A DNA stretch of 64,000 nt, from the NCBI GenBank assembly GCA_958295905.1, contig OY282382.1:4034887-4098886 (forward strand), given 5' to 3'. Numbering within the stretch: position 1 is the stretch's first letter; each line of letters starts with the position of its first letter. This document shows, piece by piece, positions 39,369 through 49,120 of this stretch. The notes under the pieces are model-generated. The model was not told where the DNA came from, ran no database searches, and was given only the letters and a program-made list of their open reading frames with translations. A program made the translations under genes and the position numbers. Origin of the DNA: an uncultured Vicinamibacterales bacterium. GTDB lineage: Bacteria > Acidobacteriota > Vicinamibacteria > Vicinamibacterales > UBA8438.

Positions 39369-40664
39369 CTACTGGTCGTTGTCGTCGGCCAGCGCCTCAC
39401 GCGCCTCGACTTCGTTCTCGAACGCCTCGTCGTCGAGCTCGTACCAGCTCACCCAGGCGAAGCTCATCTCGTCGCTCGACCGCTGGCCGAAGCCGGCCCA
39501 GTTGGTCGGGTCGTCGTTCCAGCGGTTCGCCTCCGAGTTGTCGTGCCAGCTCGTCACGTGCAGCAGCGTCCCCTTGGGCAGCAGCGGGGCCACATCGTCC
39601 TCGTAGTTGTAGACGATGTGCCACCCGAAGTCCCAATCGGCGCAGTTCAGAATCTCCTTGCGGTTGTCGGGGAGGATCGCCTCGAGGCACTGCCGCTTGC
39701 CGAGGTTGTGCAGGTGGGCCTGGAACGCGGTGATGTGGGCGTTCTCCCGCAGGCGGTAGTACCCGTCGTGCCGCACGTTGGAGGCGCCGGCGGGGATGTC
39801 GAGATCCTCGTCGTCCCCGACGTGGGCGGAGATCAGCTTGCGCTCGGGCTCCACGCCCTTGGGATAGAACTGCAGGCCGACCCGCGTCCGGTCCGTCGTC
39901 TCGACGCCGATGGCGGCGTAGTGCATGTTGAACTTGATCCGGCTCCCGGCCTTGATCAGCCGCCCGGTTCCTTCGGGGAAGATGTCGCCGTTCTTGCCGA
40001 GCGCGTACTCGTTCAGGAAGGCGTAGTCGTCATCGTCGGATTCGGGGTCCGAGTTGCTGGTCACGGCGTGATGGACCACCGGGAACCCTTCGATCGACGG
40101 CTTCGTCTCCACCGCCTTCACCCAGCGGTCTTCCGTGAGGCCCGAGTCCGAGATCAGATCGCCCCACCAGTTGGGGGCCTCGGCCGCGACCACGAACGGC
40201 TCGGGAAGCTCCACGATCCAGTCGGGCTCGCCGATCTTCCACTCGGCGATGTTCCGGAACCCTCGCGGCGGCGGCAGGTCCTCGGGGTTGCCGCGGGGCG
40301 CGCCGGCGTCGACCCATGCGGCGACGGCGGCGATCTCGTCGTCGCTCAGCGAGTAGTCGTACTTGAAGCCCTGCACGCCGATGTTCTTGTCGATGTACCA
40401 CGGGGGCATGGCCCGCGTGACCACCTTCTCGCGGATCGATCGGGCCCACGGCCGCGTCTCCTCGTAGGTCAGCAGCGACATCGGCGCGATCGACCCGGTG
40501 CGGTGGCACTCCTGGCAGGAGCGCTGCAGAATCGGGGCGACGTCCTTCGTGAAGGTGACGGCGGGCGCCTCGTCCTGCGCCGCGGCGACGGCGGGCGCCG
40601 AGACGCCGAGCGCGGCGGTCAGGACGACGGCGAAGCCGGCGCCGCGATACGGTGTGAATGACAT
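39369..40664 (-). CDS. Exported cytochrome c fused to a type II copper monooxygenase-like (PHM/DBH-like) domain
   Basis: Signal peptide; CQECH heme motif with MPPW; HH, MHY, HLH and DEM in PHM copper-ligand order. Confidence 0.7.
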   Translation of the reverse strand: MSFTPYRGAGFAVVLTAALGVSAPAVAAAQDEAPAVTFTKDVAPILQRSCQECHRTGSIAPMSLLTYEETRPWARSIREKVVTRAMPPWYIDKNIGVQGFKYDYSLSDDEIAAVAAWVDAGAPRGNPEDLPPPRGFRNIAEWKIGEPDWIVELPEPFVVAAEAPNWWGDLISDSGLTEDRWVKAVETKPSIEGFPVVHHAVTSNSDPESDDDDYAFLNEYALGKNGDIFPEGTGRLIKAGSRIKFNMHYAAIGVETTDRTRVGLQFYPKGVEPERKLISAHVGDDEDLDIPAGASNVRHDGYYRLRENAHITAFQAHLHNLGKRQCLEAILPDNRKEILNCADWDFGWHIVYNYEDDVAPLLPKGTLLHVTSWHDNSEANRWNDDPTNWAGFGQRSSDEMSFAWVSWYELDDEAFENEVEAREALADDNDQ

Positions 40665-40915
40665 CTCCAAGCCTCCGGACGGAAATCTGATGAAGCAGGT
40701 CGTACGCCGCGCAGCGCACAATGGTCGACGGCCTATTGTGAACCAGGACGGGCCACGACGCCAAGCGTTCGCTGAACCGACGCGGTCTCGATCGGCACCC
40801 CGGTGGTAGAGTGAGCGGCGGGGGCAGCCGGTGCGAAACGAGTTCACCGCGGTGTTCGAACGCGACGGCGCGTAGTACGTCGCGCCCGAGTCTTGAAGCC
40901 GCAACCGCGCCGCCG

Positions 40916-43009
40916 TCAGCGCCGGAGCGAGAAGACGTACAGCGCGTTGCCGGTGTCGGGGTGCACGATGTCCGGGCTGAGCAGCGACGGCACCCGGCGC
41001 GGGCTGCCCCCGCCGAGCCCCGTCGAGACCGCGATGTACTGCGCGCCGTCGACGCCATAGCTGACCGGGAAGCCCTGCACCGAGGTGCCGAGCCGCGTTT
41101 CCCACAGGACGTCGCCGGTGGCGGCGTCGAACGCCCGGAAGTAGCGGTCGACGTCGCCCGCGAACGCGAGGCCGCCGCCGGTGGTCAGCACCGCGGTCAT
41201 GAACGCGGCGCGCTGCTCGACGCTCCAGCGTTCCTCGAGCGTATCGACGTCGTAGGCGGCCAGCTTGCCGAGATTGCCGTTCGTCCCCGGCATCTCGAAC
41301 CACTTCCGGTCGGCCTGCGAACCGCCCGAACCGATCTCCAGGGCCACCTCGCGGCCCGCGATCTCCAGACAGCTCTGGCTCAGCGGGATGATCAGCAGCC
41401 TCGTCTCCGGGCTGTAGGCGGTGGCGTGCCAGTTGTGGCCGCCGGCGGTGCTCGGGCACACCGACACCCAGTCGCCGATGCCGGCGTCGGCGATGTCCTG
41501 CCGGTAGGTCACGACGCCGGTGTCGGGGTCGATGGCCTCGAACACGTTCTGGAACACGGTCTCCGCGTGCCCGAGGAACGCGCCCGACCCGCGGTCGAGC
41601 TTCCACAGGATGCCGTGCTTGCCGATGGTGAGGAGGGCCTTGCGCCCGCCGCTCTCCACCAGCACCTGCTCGAACCCCTCGTCGAGGTCGAGGGCCTCGC
41701 CGGGCACGTGCTGGCGGTACCAGCGGATCGAGCCGTCGGCGGGGTTCAAGGCGAGCGTCGAGTTGGTGTAGAGCGCGGGGTCGTGGACGGTCAGGCCCCG
41801 GCTCGCGGGCACCCACGGCTTGGCTTGGGCGACCGGCCAGTAGAGCAGGTCCAGCTCCGGGTCGTAGCTGCCCGGAATCCACGAGTCGCCGCCGCCCCGC
41901 AGGGCCAGCGGCAGGTCGCCCCACGTGTCGCCCCCGGGATCGCCGGGCGCGGCGATGGTCAGACGGCGCCACAGCTCCTCGCCGGTGGCGGCGTCGTGGG
42001 CGGTGATGAAGCAACTGTCGGGCATGAACCGCGAGCATCCGTTGATGCCGTTGACGACCCGGCCGTTCACCACGATCGGCCCGCTCGAGTTGGAATAGCC
42101 GTCGTTGTAGTCGGCCATCCGGGTCTCCCAGACGAGCTCCCCGGTCCGGCTGTCGAGGGCCACGATGAAGGCGTCGCGCGCCCCCAGGAACAGCTTGTCG
42201 CCGTAGATGGCGAGGTTGCGGCTGTTCGCGCCGCGCAACGCCTCGGGCAGCGGGCGGCGGTACTCCCACAGCAGGGTGCCGGTCGCAGCGTCGAGAGCCT
42301 GGACGACGTTGCCGGGGTTGGCGAGATACATCACGCCGTCGTACACGAGGGGCGTCGGCTGGTTGCGGCCGTCCCCCATCGACCACACCCAGGCGAGCTG
42401 CAGGTCGGCGACGTTGTCACGGGTAATCTGGTCGAGAGGGCTGTGCCCCCATCCGTCGTAGGTCCGACGGTAGATCAGCCAGTCGTTCGGGTCGGGGTCC
42501 CGCAGCATCGCGTCGGTGACGGGCACGCGCTCCGCGATGGGCCGGAAGCTTCGCGTGCCCCCCGCCGCGGCGCCCGCGGGGGGCGTTCCGGCATCGCCCC
42601 CCGCGGGCGCGGTGACGCCCCCCAGGGCCACCGTCCCCGCCGCCACCCCGTTCTCCTGCAGGATGTAGGCGACGGCGCGCGCGTATTCATCCGGCGCGAG
42701 CGAGCCCCCGGCACCCGGCGGCATCGTCACCTGCACCAGGTCGATCAGCTCGTCGACGGGACGGTCCCCCCACGCGCCGCGGAACGTCGGCCCCGCCAAC
42801 TCCGGCGCCTCGAACGAGCCGGTGAGGTTCGACATGTGGCACGTCGCGCAAGCCTGCTCGTAGATCGCGCGGCCCGCCTCGGCCTCGGCCGCGGTGTAGT
42901 CCGCGGAGAAGAGCTGCGCCGAGACGGCCGACGGGGCCAGCACGGCCGCGGCAAACCCCGTTCCCAACGCCAACCGGGCCGGACGCCGTCCGTATCGTCG
43001 TCGATGCAT
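40916..43009 (-). CDS. PQQ-dependent dehydrogenase with N-terminal cytochrome c domain
   Basis: CATCH..TMPP; SPLDQIT..NV..L..AW; ALDA.TG..LW propeller repeats; GGAGG 6 nt upstream of ATG. Confidence 0.88.
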   Translation of the reverse strand: MHRRRYGRRPARLALGTGFAAAVLAPSAVSAQLFSADYTAAEAEAGRAIYEQACATCHMSNLTGSFEAPELAGPTFRGAWGDRPVDELIDLVQVTMPPGAGGSLAPDEYARAVAYILQENGVAAGTVALGGVTAPAGGDAGTPPAGAAAGGTRSFRPIAERVPVTDAMLRDPDPNDWLIYRRTYDGWGHSPLDQITRDNVADLQLAWVWSMGDGRNQPTPLVYDGVMYLANPGNVVQALDAATGTLLWEYRRPLPEALRGANSRNLAIYGDKLFLGARDAFIVALDSRTGELVWETRMADYNDGYSNSSGPIVVNGRVVNGINGCSRFMPDSCFITAHDAATGEELWRRLTIAAPGDPGGDTWGDLPLALRGGGDSWIPGSYDPELDLLYWPVAQAKPWVPASRGLTVHDPALYTNSTLALNPADGSIRWYRQHVPGEALDLDEGFEQVLVESGGRKALLTIGKHGILWKLDRGSGAFLGHAETVFQNVFEAIDPDTGVVTYRQDIADAGIGDWVSVCPSTAGGHNWHATAYSPETRLLIIPLSQSCLEIAGREVALEIGSGGSQADRKWFEMPGTNGNLGKLAAYDVDTLEERWSVEQRAAFMTAVLTTGGGLAFAGDVDRYFRAFDAATGDVLWETRLGTSVQGFPVSYGVDGAQYIAVSTGLGGGSPRRVPSLLSPDIVHPDTGNALYVFSLRR

Positions 43010-43230
43010 CGACATCCTCCGTCGACTCCGTCGTCGCGTGATCTTCATCCCCGAACCGTGCGTCCCCGGACCTTCGCCGGCCGATACGGAACCCGGGCCG
43101 GTCGCCCGACGGGTGGCTCACGCGCATCGTAACGCATCGCGGCCCGCGACGCGCCGGGTCGCGCGCGGCGGGGCGCGTCGGCGCACGCCACCGGCCGGCG
43201 TTGGACCACATTCACACGTATCATGTGTTC

Positions 43231-43461
43231 ATGAAGAACGTCACCATCGCCTTGGATGAAGCCACGCTCCGCGAAGCGCGGCGAATCGCGGCCGACCGGT
43301 CGACGTCGCTGAACGGCATGATTCGCGAGTTTCTCGGCCAGCTCGTCGCCCGAGAATCGCGCGCCGCCCGGGCCCGCCGTCGCATCGTCGCCCTCTGCCT
43401 GGAATCGACGGCCGAGCGCGGAACGGAACGCTGGACACGGGACGAGCTCCATGAACGTTGA
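43231..43461 (+). CDS. Ribbon-helix-helix antitoxin (VapB-like)
   Basis: MKNVTIALDE..AR..A..TSLN.MIREFL; overlaps the PIN gene. Confidence 0.8.
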   Translation: MKNVTIALDEATLREARRIAADRSTSLNGMIREFLGQLVARESRAARARRRIVALCLESTAERGTERWTRDELHER

Positions 43462-43864
43462 GTGTTTCTTCGACACCAACGTACTCGTCTACGCCGCCTC
43501 CACCTCGGCCGAGGACGTTCGCAAGCGGAACACGGCCCTCGATCTGATCCGGACGAAGGACTTCGGCCTGTCGGCTCAAGTGCTGCAGGAATTCTACGTG
43601 ACCGTCACCCGGAAGTTTCGAGTGCCGCTCGAACCACCCGCGGCGACCGCCCTGCTGGAGTCGTATCGGGCGTTGCCACTGGCGTTGATCGACTATCCGT
43701 TGATCACGTCGGGAATCGAGGTGTCGCTCCGCTACGGGATCTCCTACTGGGACGGCGCCATCGTCGCCGCCGCGGAATCGCTCGGGGCGGCGGTGCTCTT
43801 CACCGAAGACCTGGACCACGGACAGCGATACGGCTCGATTCGCGTCGTCAACCCGTTCAGATAG
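43451..43864 (+). CDS. PIN-domain toxin (VapC-like)
   Basis: FFDTNVLVYA, QVLQEF, SYWD..IV..A, TEDL, VNPF. Confidence 0.92.
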   Translation: MNVECFFDTNVLVYAASTSAEDVRKRNTALDLIRTKDFGLSAQVLQEFYVTVTRKFRVPLEPPAATALLESYRALPLALIDYPLITSGIEVSLRYGISYWDGAIVAAAESLGAAVLFTEDLDHGQRYGSIRVVNPFR

Positions 43865-43870
43865 GCACGG

Positions 43871-45727
43871 TCAGTACGCGATCGCGTAGCAGTCGCGCCG
43901 CGGGTCGCCGGCCGCGAGGCGGTTGCCGGTCGCCGGATCGATGAGAACCGCGGTCGCGCAGCCCGACATCCCGAACGGCCGCACCTCGTTGACGTCGTGC
44001 CCCCGGCGCCGCAGTTCGTTCGCCACCTCCGACGAGATGTTCGACTCGAGGTCCATCCGGTTGAACCCCGCCGCATGCGGCCAGAACGACCCGTGCAGAT
44101 GCTGCGTCCGAACCCGCGGCCACGCCAGCGCGTCGTGCAGGTTCGGGTACCAGTCGGACCAGAACTCGACGACGTTCAGGAACGCCTGCAGGATGGTCTG
44201 GTCCTGGTTGTCGCCCCCCGGCGTGCCGATCGCCATCAGCGGCTCGCCGTCCTTGAACACGATGCTGGGGGTCAGGGTGTAGCGCGGGCGGGCGCGCGGG
44301 CGGATCTGGTTGGCGCGGTCCGGGTCGAGCCAGAACTGCTCGCCGCGGGTGCTGAGCCCGATGCCGGTCTCCCCGAGGATGACCCCGCCGCCGGTCCAGC
44401 CGCCGCTCGGGGTGGCGTCGAAGACGTTGCCGTCCCCGTCGATGACCGCGATGTGGGTGGTGTCCTTGAGGCCGCCGGCCGACGGCACGAACGATCCGTC
44501 GGCGTCGCTCGCCGCCACCCCGTCCGCGATGTCGGCGACCCAGAACGGCCACGCGTCGACGGCCGGGTCGTGGGGCAGCGGGTCGCCGGCGCGGAACGCG
44601 ACCGACGCCCGGCCCGGATCGATCTCCGCCGCCCGCTCGCGGGCGTAGGCGGTGGACAACAGGCCCTCGGCCGGCACGTCGACGAAGTCGGGATCGGCGT
44701 AGTAGGTGTCGCGGTCCGCGTAGGCCAGCTTCATCGCCTCGACCACGGTGTGGATGTAGTCGGGGCTGTTGTGGCCCATCGCCTGCAGGTCGAACTCTTC
44801 CAGGATGTTGAGGGCCTGCAGCAGCACCGGCCCCTGGCTGTTGAACCCGTGCTTGTAGATGGTGTAGCCGCGGTAGTCGGTGCGGGTGGGCTCCTCGACC
44901 CGCGAGTGGAACTCGGCGAAGTCGTCGAGCTCGAAGGGCGCGCCGTGCTCCTGCAGGAAGGCGACCATCTCTTCGGCGATGTCGCCCTTGTAGAAGCGGT
45001 CGCGGGCGGCGGCGATGCCCTGCGCGCGGCCCAGATGGGCGCCGGCCCGTTCCGCCTCCACCATCTTCTCGAGGGTGGCGGCGAGGGTCGGGAACCTGAT
45101 GACCTCGCCCGCCGCGTAGAGCGAGCCGTCGGGCTTCAGCCAGAACCGCTGGTTCTCGGGCCACGCCTCCATGAACCCGAGGTTCGCCTCGACGGCGCGG
45201 GCGGTGAGGGGCCGCAGCGGAAACCCCTGCCCGGCGTACTCGATGGCGCGGGCCGAGACCTGCTCGAAGCTCATGGTGCCCCAGCGCTCCAGCACCGTCA
45301 GCGCGCCGTGCAGGGCGCCCGGCACGACGGCGGGGTCGAGCCCCTCGCCGAAGAGATCGCGCCCGCGCGACCGGTACCACTCGATGCTCGCGCCCTTCGG
45401 CGCCCAGCCCTGGGCGACGACCGACGTCACCTCGCCCTCCCCGGCCGGGTACACCAGGATCAGGGACTCGCCGCCCAGCCCGTACAGGTCCTGCTCGACG
45501 ACGCCGCCCACGAGCAGCGCCGTCACTCCCGCGTCGAAGGCGTTGCCGCCCCGGATCAGGGTCTCGAACGCGGCGGCGGTCGTGAGAGGATGGCCCGTCG
45601 ACAGTCCCGCGCGCGGGCCGGACACGGCCGGGCGCTGGGCCTCCAGCGGCGAAGCGGCGAACGCGACGGCCAGTCCGGCCAGAACGAGGTACGCGGCGGA
45701 CGCGCGGCACCGTGCGTGGTTCAGCAT
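43871..45727 (-). CDS. ggt: Gamma-glutamyltransferase family protein (exported)
   Basis: GGNAFDA, EAMKLAYADRD, DTTH nucleophile motif, GTPGGD.Q, DPRR. Confidence 0.9.
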   Translation of the reverse strand: MLNHARCRASAAYLVLAGLAVAFAASPLEAQRPAVSGPRAGLSTGHPLTTAAAFETLIRGGNAFDAGVTALLVGGVVEQDLYGLGGESLILVYPAGEGEVTSVVAQGWAPKGASIEWYRSRGRDLFGEGLDPAVVPGALHGALTVLERWGTMSFEQVSARAIEYAGQGFPLRPLTARAVEANLGFMEAWPENQRFWLKPDGSLYAAGEVIRFPTLAATLEKMVEAERAGAHLGRAQGIAAARDRFYKGDIAEEMVAFLQEHGAPFELDDFAEFHSRVEEPTRTDYRGYTIYKHGFNSQGPVLLQALNILEEFDLQAMGHNSPDYIHTVVEAMKLAYADRDTYYADPDFVDVPAEGLLSTAYARERAAEIDPGRASVAFRAGDPLPHDPAVDAWPFWVADIADGVAASDADGSFVPSAGGLKDTTHIAVIDGDGNVFDATPSGGWTGGGVILGETGIGLSTRGEQFWLDPDRANQIRPRARPRYTLTPSIVFKDGEPLMAIGTPGGDNQDQTILQAFLNVVEFWSDWYPNLHDALAWPRVRTQHLHGSFWPHAAGFNRMDLESNISSEVANELRRRGHDVNEVRPFGMSGCATAVLIDPATGNRLAAGDPRRDCYAIAY

Positions 45728-45958
45728 CTCGACCCCCCAGTCGATCCGACTGTAGTGCAACCGCCAGGACACTGACGGGAATGACGTTGCCGTATATCAG
45801 GTGCGCCGCGCCTCGGAAAACGGGCTGCGCCTGGATGCAGTCGGCGACTCCATCTCGATCACCGTCCTAAACCCAGCGCGGCTCCGCCTTCATGGTCGCC
45901 CGAAGGCGATGGTGGCCGTAAACCGGCCGGTGAAGAGCCTATCGACCGGGGTCCGACC

Positions 45959-46200
45959 GTGAAGGTAGCACGTTCCGTCGCCGAGGTGTTGGCAGAGCAC
46001 ACGACCCTGACCCTGGAGTGCCTCGATCGGATGTATCTCAACGTCTACGTGCCCCTGCTCCAGACCGCGGCGGGGGCGGCGTACTCTTCCGCAAGCGGCG
46101 TACTTCTTCCGCAAGATGCGGGGCGCGGCCGTACCGTCCTCGGCCCTGACGGCCCCCATGACCCAGCGCTTCGTCGACGCCGTCAAGCGCTCTTGCCGAG
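45959..46200 (+). pseudogene. N-terminal fragment of a putative transposase-like protein, frameshifted and truncated
   Basis: VAEVLAEHTTLTLECLDRMYLNVYVP continues in another frame as RGAAVPSSAL.APMTQRF after a 19/20-bp tandem duplication at about 46076-46115; family assignment from recall only. Confidence 0.5.
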
Positions 46201-46287
46201 GACGTCGATGCGGGCGTTATCGTCATGTTTTCTTCCTTGAAACCGGACCGGTGACGGCCGGCGTGAGCCACGGCAGGATGGCCTCCA

Positions 46288-46545
46288 TCAGGCCGCCCCC
46301 CGATCTTGCTTGCCGCGGTCGGCCAGCAACACGATGCGCGTGTTCACGGCTGCGATGTCGGCCCGCAGTTGGTGGACGGCGTTGTCGAGGCGGTTGTCAA
46401 GCCCGTCGATGCGTCCGGTGAGGCGGTTGTCGAGGGCTTCGAGGCGCTTGTCCATCCGGTCCATCCGACCGCCGAGGTCGGCCCGGAGCCAAGCGCCTAC
46501 GGCGATGACGACGGCCGGCGTGAGCCACGGCAGGATGGCGTCCAT
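46288..46545 (-). CDS. Small membrane-anchored coiled-coil protein
   Basis: MDAILPWLTPAVVIAVGAWL followed by RMD/LDNRL heptad-like repeats; a second truncated start copy (MEAILPWLTPAV) follows at about 46250-46288. Confidence 0.6.
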   Translation of the reverse strand: MDAILPWLTPAVVIAVGAWLRADLGGRMDRMDKRLEALDNRLTGRIDGLDNRLDNAVHQLRADIAAVNTRIVLLADRGKQDRGAA

Positions 46546-46659
46546 CCCGCTATGGTACCATCCCCCGGCGGTCTGTAGCGGCCCGTTCACCCCGGCCGCT
46601 ACCGCCTCGTCGTGGGCGGCGCCGACCCGGCCCAGGTCGGCATCAAGGACCGCGGCCAC

Positions 46660-46800
46660 CTGCCGCATAGGTATGCAGCCAACGGCTGACGTACGCCATC
46701 AGATGCAAACTGCGTCTGCAGGGAACTTGGCATGTAGCCTTGCCGCGCCAGCTCGCTCGCGAAACCCGACGCGAACGGCTGGAGCGAGCCGCCGCCCCGA
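46660..46800 (-). pseudogene. Fragment of a tyrosine recombinase N-terminus (RIT-type)
   Basis: GSLQPFASGFASELARQGY.PSS..TQ[frameshift]LHLMAYVSRWL. Confidence 0.5.
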
Positions 46801-46892
46801 TCCACTTCCTTAGCCGCCGCCCCCGCGGGAGGCGGCGCCGACTCCGGGCGCCATCGAGGCGCGGTCGATTTGACGCGCGTGCGCCGTACGAA

Positions 46893-47750
46893 TCAGCGGC
46901 GCTCGGCCGCGATCTGCTCCAGATAGAGACCCTCCAGACGCTCCACCGCGGCGAAGAACCCGTCGGGGTCGACGAACGTGTCGGGGCTGTACCGCTGCCC
47001 CGCCTCGTACTTGTCGTGCAGGCCGTACTGGCCGCCGTGCGCCGCGACCCAGACGTCGACGTCCAGCGCCTTCTGCTTGCGGAACGTCTCCGCGAAGTCG
47101 TCGGCCACGCCGGGGTAGGTCGGGTCGACGACCAGCCGCTTGCCGGGGTTGATGGTGCCCATGTTCGCGATCGCGACGCTGTACTCGCGCCCGCCCTCCT
47201 CGACGGTCATGAGGTAGCTCGAGCTGCCGGCGGTGTGTCCGGGACTCTCCATCACCGTGAGGCGCGCGTCTCCCAGCTCGAGGACCTCGCCCTCGGCGAT
47301 GACGCGGTCGACCGCGACCGGCGGGAACGATTCGCGGCCGCCGAAGTGCGGGTCGCTGAATCCGCCGTCCTCGAGCACCGGCGCATCGCCGGCCGTCGCC
47401 CACATCTCGGCCCCGGCCACCTCCTTGATCTCGGCGAGGGCCGCGGTGTGGTCCCAGTGCGCCTGCATCGTCAGCAGCACCCTGACGTCCTCGAGCCGGA
47501 ATCCGAGCGACTCGATGTTCTCGCGGATCATCGCGGTCGAGTCTTCCACGCCGGTGTTGATCAGGAAGTGACCCTCGTCCGACGTCACGAGAAAGACCGC
47601 GAGATCGTAGGTTCCGACCGCGTAGAGGTTGCCGATGACCCGGTGGCCCGGGAACGGCCGCGTCCACCCTTCCGGTTGGGCGGCGAGCGGCGCGGCGGCG
47701 ACGAGGACGAGAGCGCAGGCGGCGGGCAGACGGCGCGGGTCGAATCTCAT
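46893..47750 (-). CDS. Subclass B3 metallo-beta-lactamase (Gln116 variant)
   Basis: Signal peptide; PF..IGNLY.VGT, QAHWDH, PGHT.G, AAH. Confidence 0.88.
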   Translation of the reverse strand: MRFDPRRLPAACALVLVAAAPLAAQPEGWTRPFPGHRVIGNLYAVGTYDLAVFLVTSDEGHFLINTGVEDSTAMIRENIESLGFRLEDVRVLLTMQAHWDHTAALAEIKEVAGAEMWATAGDAPVLEDGGFSDPHFGGRESFPPVAVDRVIAEGEVLELGDARLTVMESPGHTAGSSSYLMTVEEGGREYSVAIANMGTINPGKRLVVDPTYPGVADDFAETFRKQKALDVDVWVAAHGGQYGLHDKYEAGQRYSPDTFVDPDGFFAAVERLEGLYLEQIAAERR

Positions 47751-47862
47751 GACGGTCACTTCTCCCTCGAACGAATCAGCCGGGAGCCCGCGCCCGAGGA
47801 CACCGGACCCCGGCAGGGTCGGCCTGCCGGCAGGCGCAGCCCGCGGGCGGCCCACCGCGTCC

Positions 47863-48861
47863 TCACCGACCCGCGGCGGCGGCTTCGTCCGCGCGGTGGC
47901 CGCCGAGAATGCCGGGCATGCTGTAGTTGCCTTCGTGGCACGCGTACTCGTACATCGGCTGGTCGCTGAGCCGCATCGGGATCGAAGCCGTCCACGGACG
48001 CGTCCAAGTCTCCGGGTCGTCGACGGTGTACTCGTAGGCGAGGGTGCCGGCGTCGACCCGGGTCAGCCGCTCGACCAGCGTCATGCCGGAGGTCGTCCCC
48101 CGCCACCGGCGCTGATCGTTGAAGTGCGACGTCTCGATCACCAGCGTATCGCCCTCCCAGCGGCCGCGCGAGTCGCCCGACCACTGGCGGACCTGGCCGG
48201 GCAGCGCCGGACGCCCGTCGAGCGGCACCACCCGGACCGTATGGACCATCTCGGTGACCAGCACCACGTGGCCGGGCGTCTGGAACACCTGCAGGTTCTG
48301 GTTGTAGCCGCCGGGGGTGATGGGCGGACCGGCGTTGAAGCCGAGGATGCACCGGTCGAACGCGCTGCGGTCCAGCCACGAGTCGGCGGGATGCTCCCGC
48401 CGGTACTCGCGCCGCGCCGCAGTCCGCTCCCGCCCCGCCGGCGACATCTCCGGCAGCCGCCCGTTCGGCGGATCCACGACGAGCGATGTGCGCCGGGTGC
48501 CGATGGTCCTCGTGCCCCGGTCGAGCCAGAAGTTGTTGTAGAAGCCTGGAGCGCCCTCCTCGCCTCGGTCGACGCTCTCGGTGACCGATGTGCGCCGGGC
48601 GGCCCGGTCGGCGAGCTCGACGTTCCGGTCAACCACTTCCCGCTCGAGGTTGGCCGCCTCCTCCGCGGTCAGGAACGCCTGGTCGCCCAGTGCTTCGGGC
48701 CGCTCCAGCGGCGTGATGGTGCGAAAGTCCCAGACACCCTGCAGATCGGGAGCGCCCCACGCCGTCCGCGGCGCATCCTGGGCCGCAGCCGGCGCCGGCG
48801 GGAACAGACCGAACGTAACCAGCGCCGCCGCGTTCACGCATCCGACAACTCGATGACGCAT
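47863..48861 (-). CDS. Exported hypothetical protein (paralog 1)
   Basis: Signal peptide; PRTAWGAPDLQGVW, YNNFWLDRG, DRC, YEYACHEGNYS. Confidence 0.75.
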   Translation of the reverse strand: MRHRVVGCVNAAALVTFGLFPPAPAAAQDAPRTAWGAPDLQGVWDFRTITPLERPEALGDQAFLTAEEAANLEREVVDRNVELADRAARRTSVTESVDRGEEGAPGFYNNFWLDRGTRTIGTRRTSLVVDPPNGRLPEMSPAGRERTAARREYRREHPADSWLDRSAFDRCILGFNAGPPITPGGYNQNLQVFQTPGHVVLVTEMVHTVRVVPLDGRPALPGQVRQWSGDSRGRWEGDTLVIETSHFNDQRRWRGTTSGMTLVERLTRVDAGTLAYEYTVDDPETWTRPWTASIPMRLSDQPMYEYACHEGNYSMPGILGGHRADEAAAAGR

Positions 48862-49120
48862 TCTGAAGCCCCTTCCTGCTGTCCGGCGTCGTGCCCGCTC
48901 AATATTACCCTTTGTCCCGCGTTTTCCCGCATTTGCCGGCCGCCGCCGTTCACGGCCGGCCCGCATCGGCGCGCGCCCGCAGGGCATCGTCGTCCCACGC
49001 GGCGGTGAAAGCCGGCGCGCAGGTCAGGGGCACGGAGACCGGCTCGTCGGCGTCGAACCTGCAGGCGTCTTCGACGTCGAAGCCCATCAGCCCGCCCACG
49101 ACGCACCGCCGGCCGGAGGG

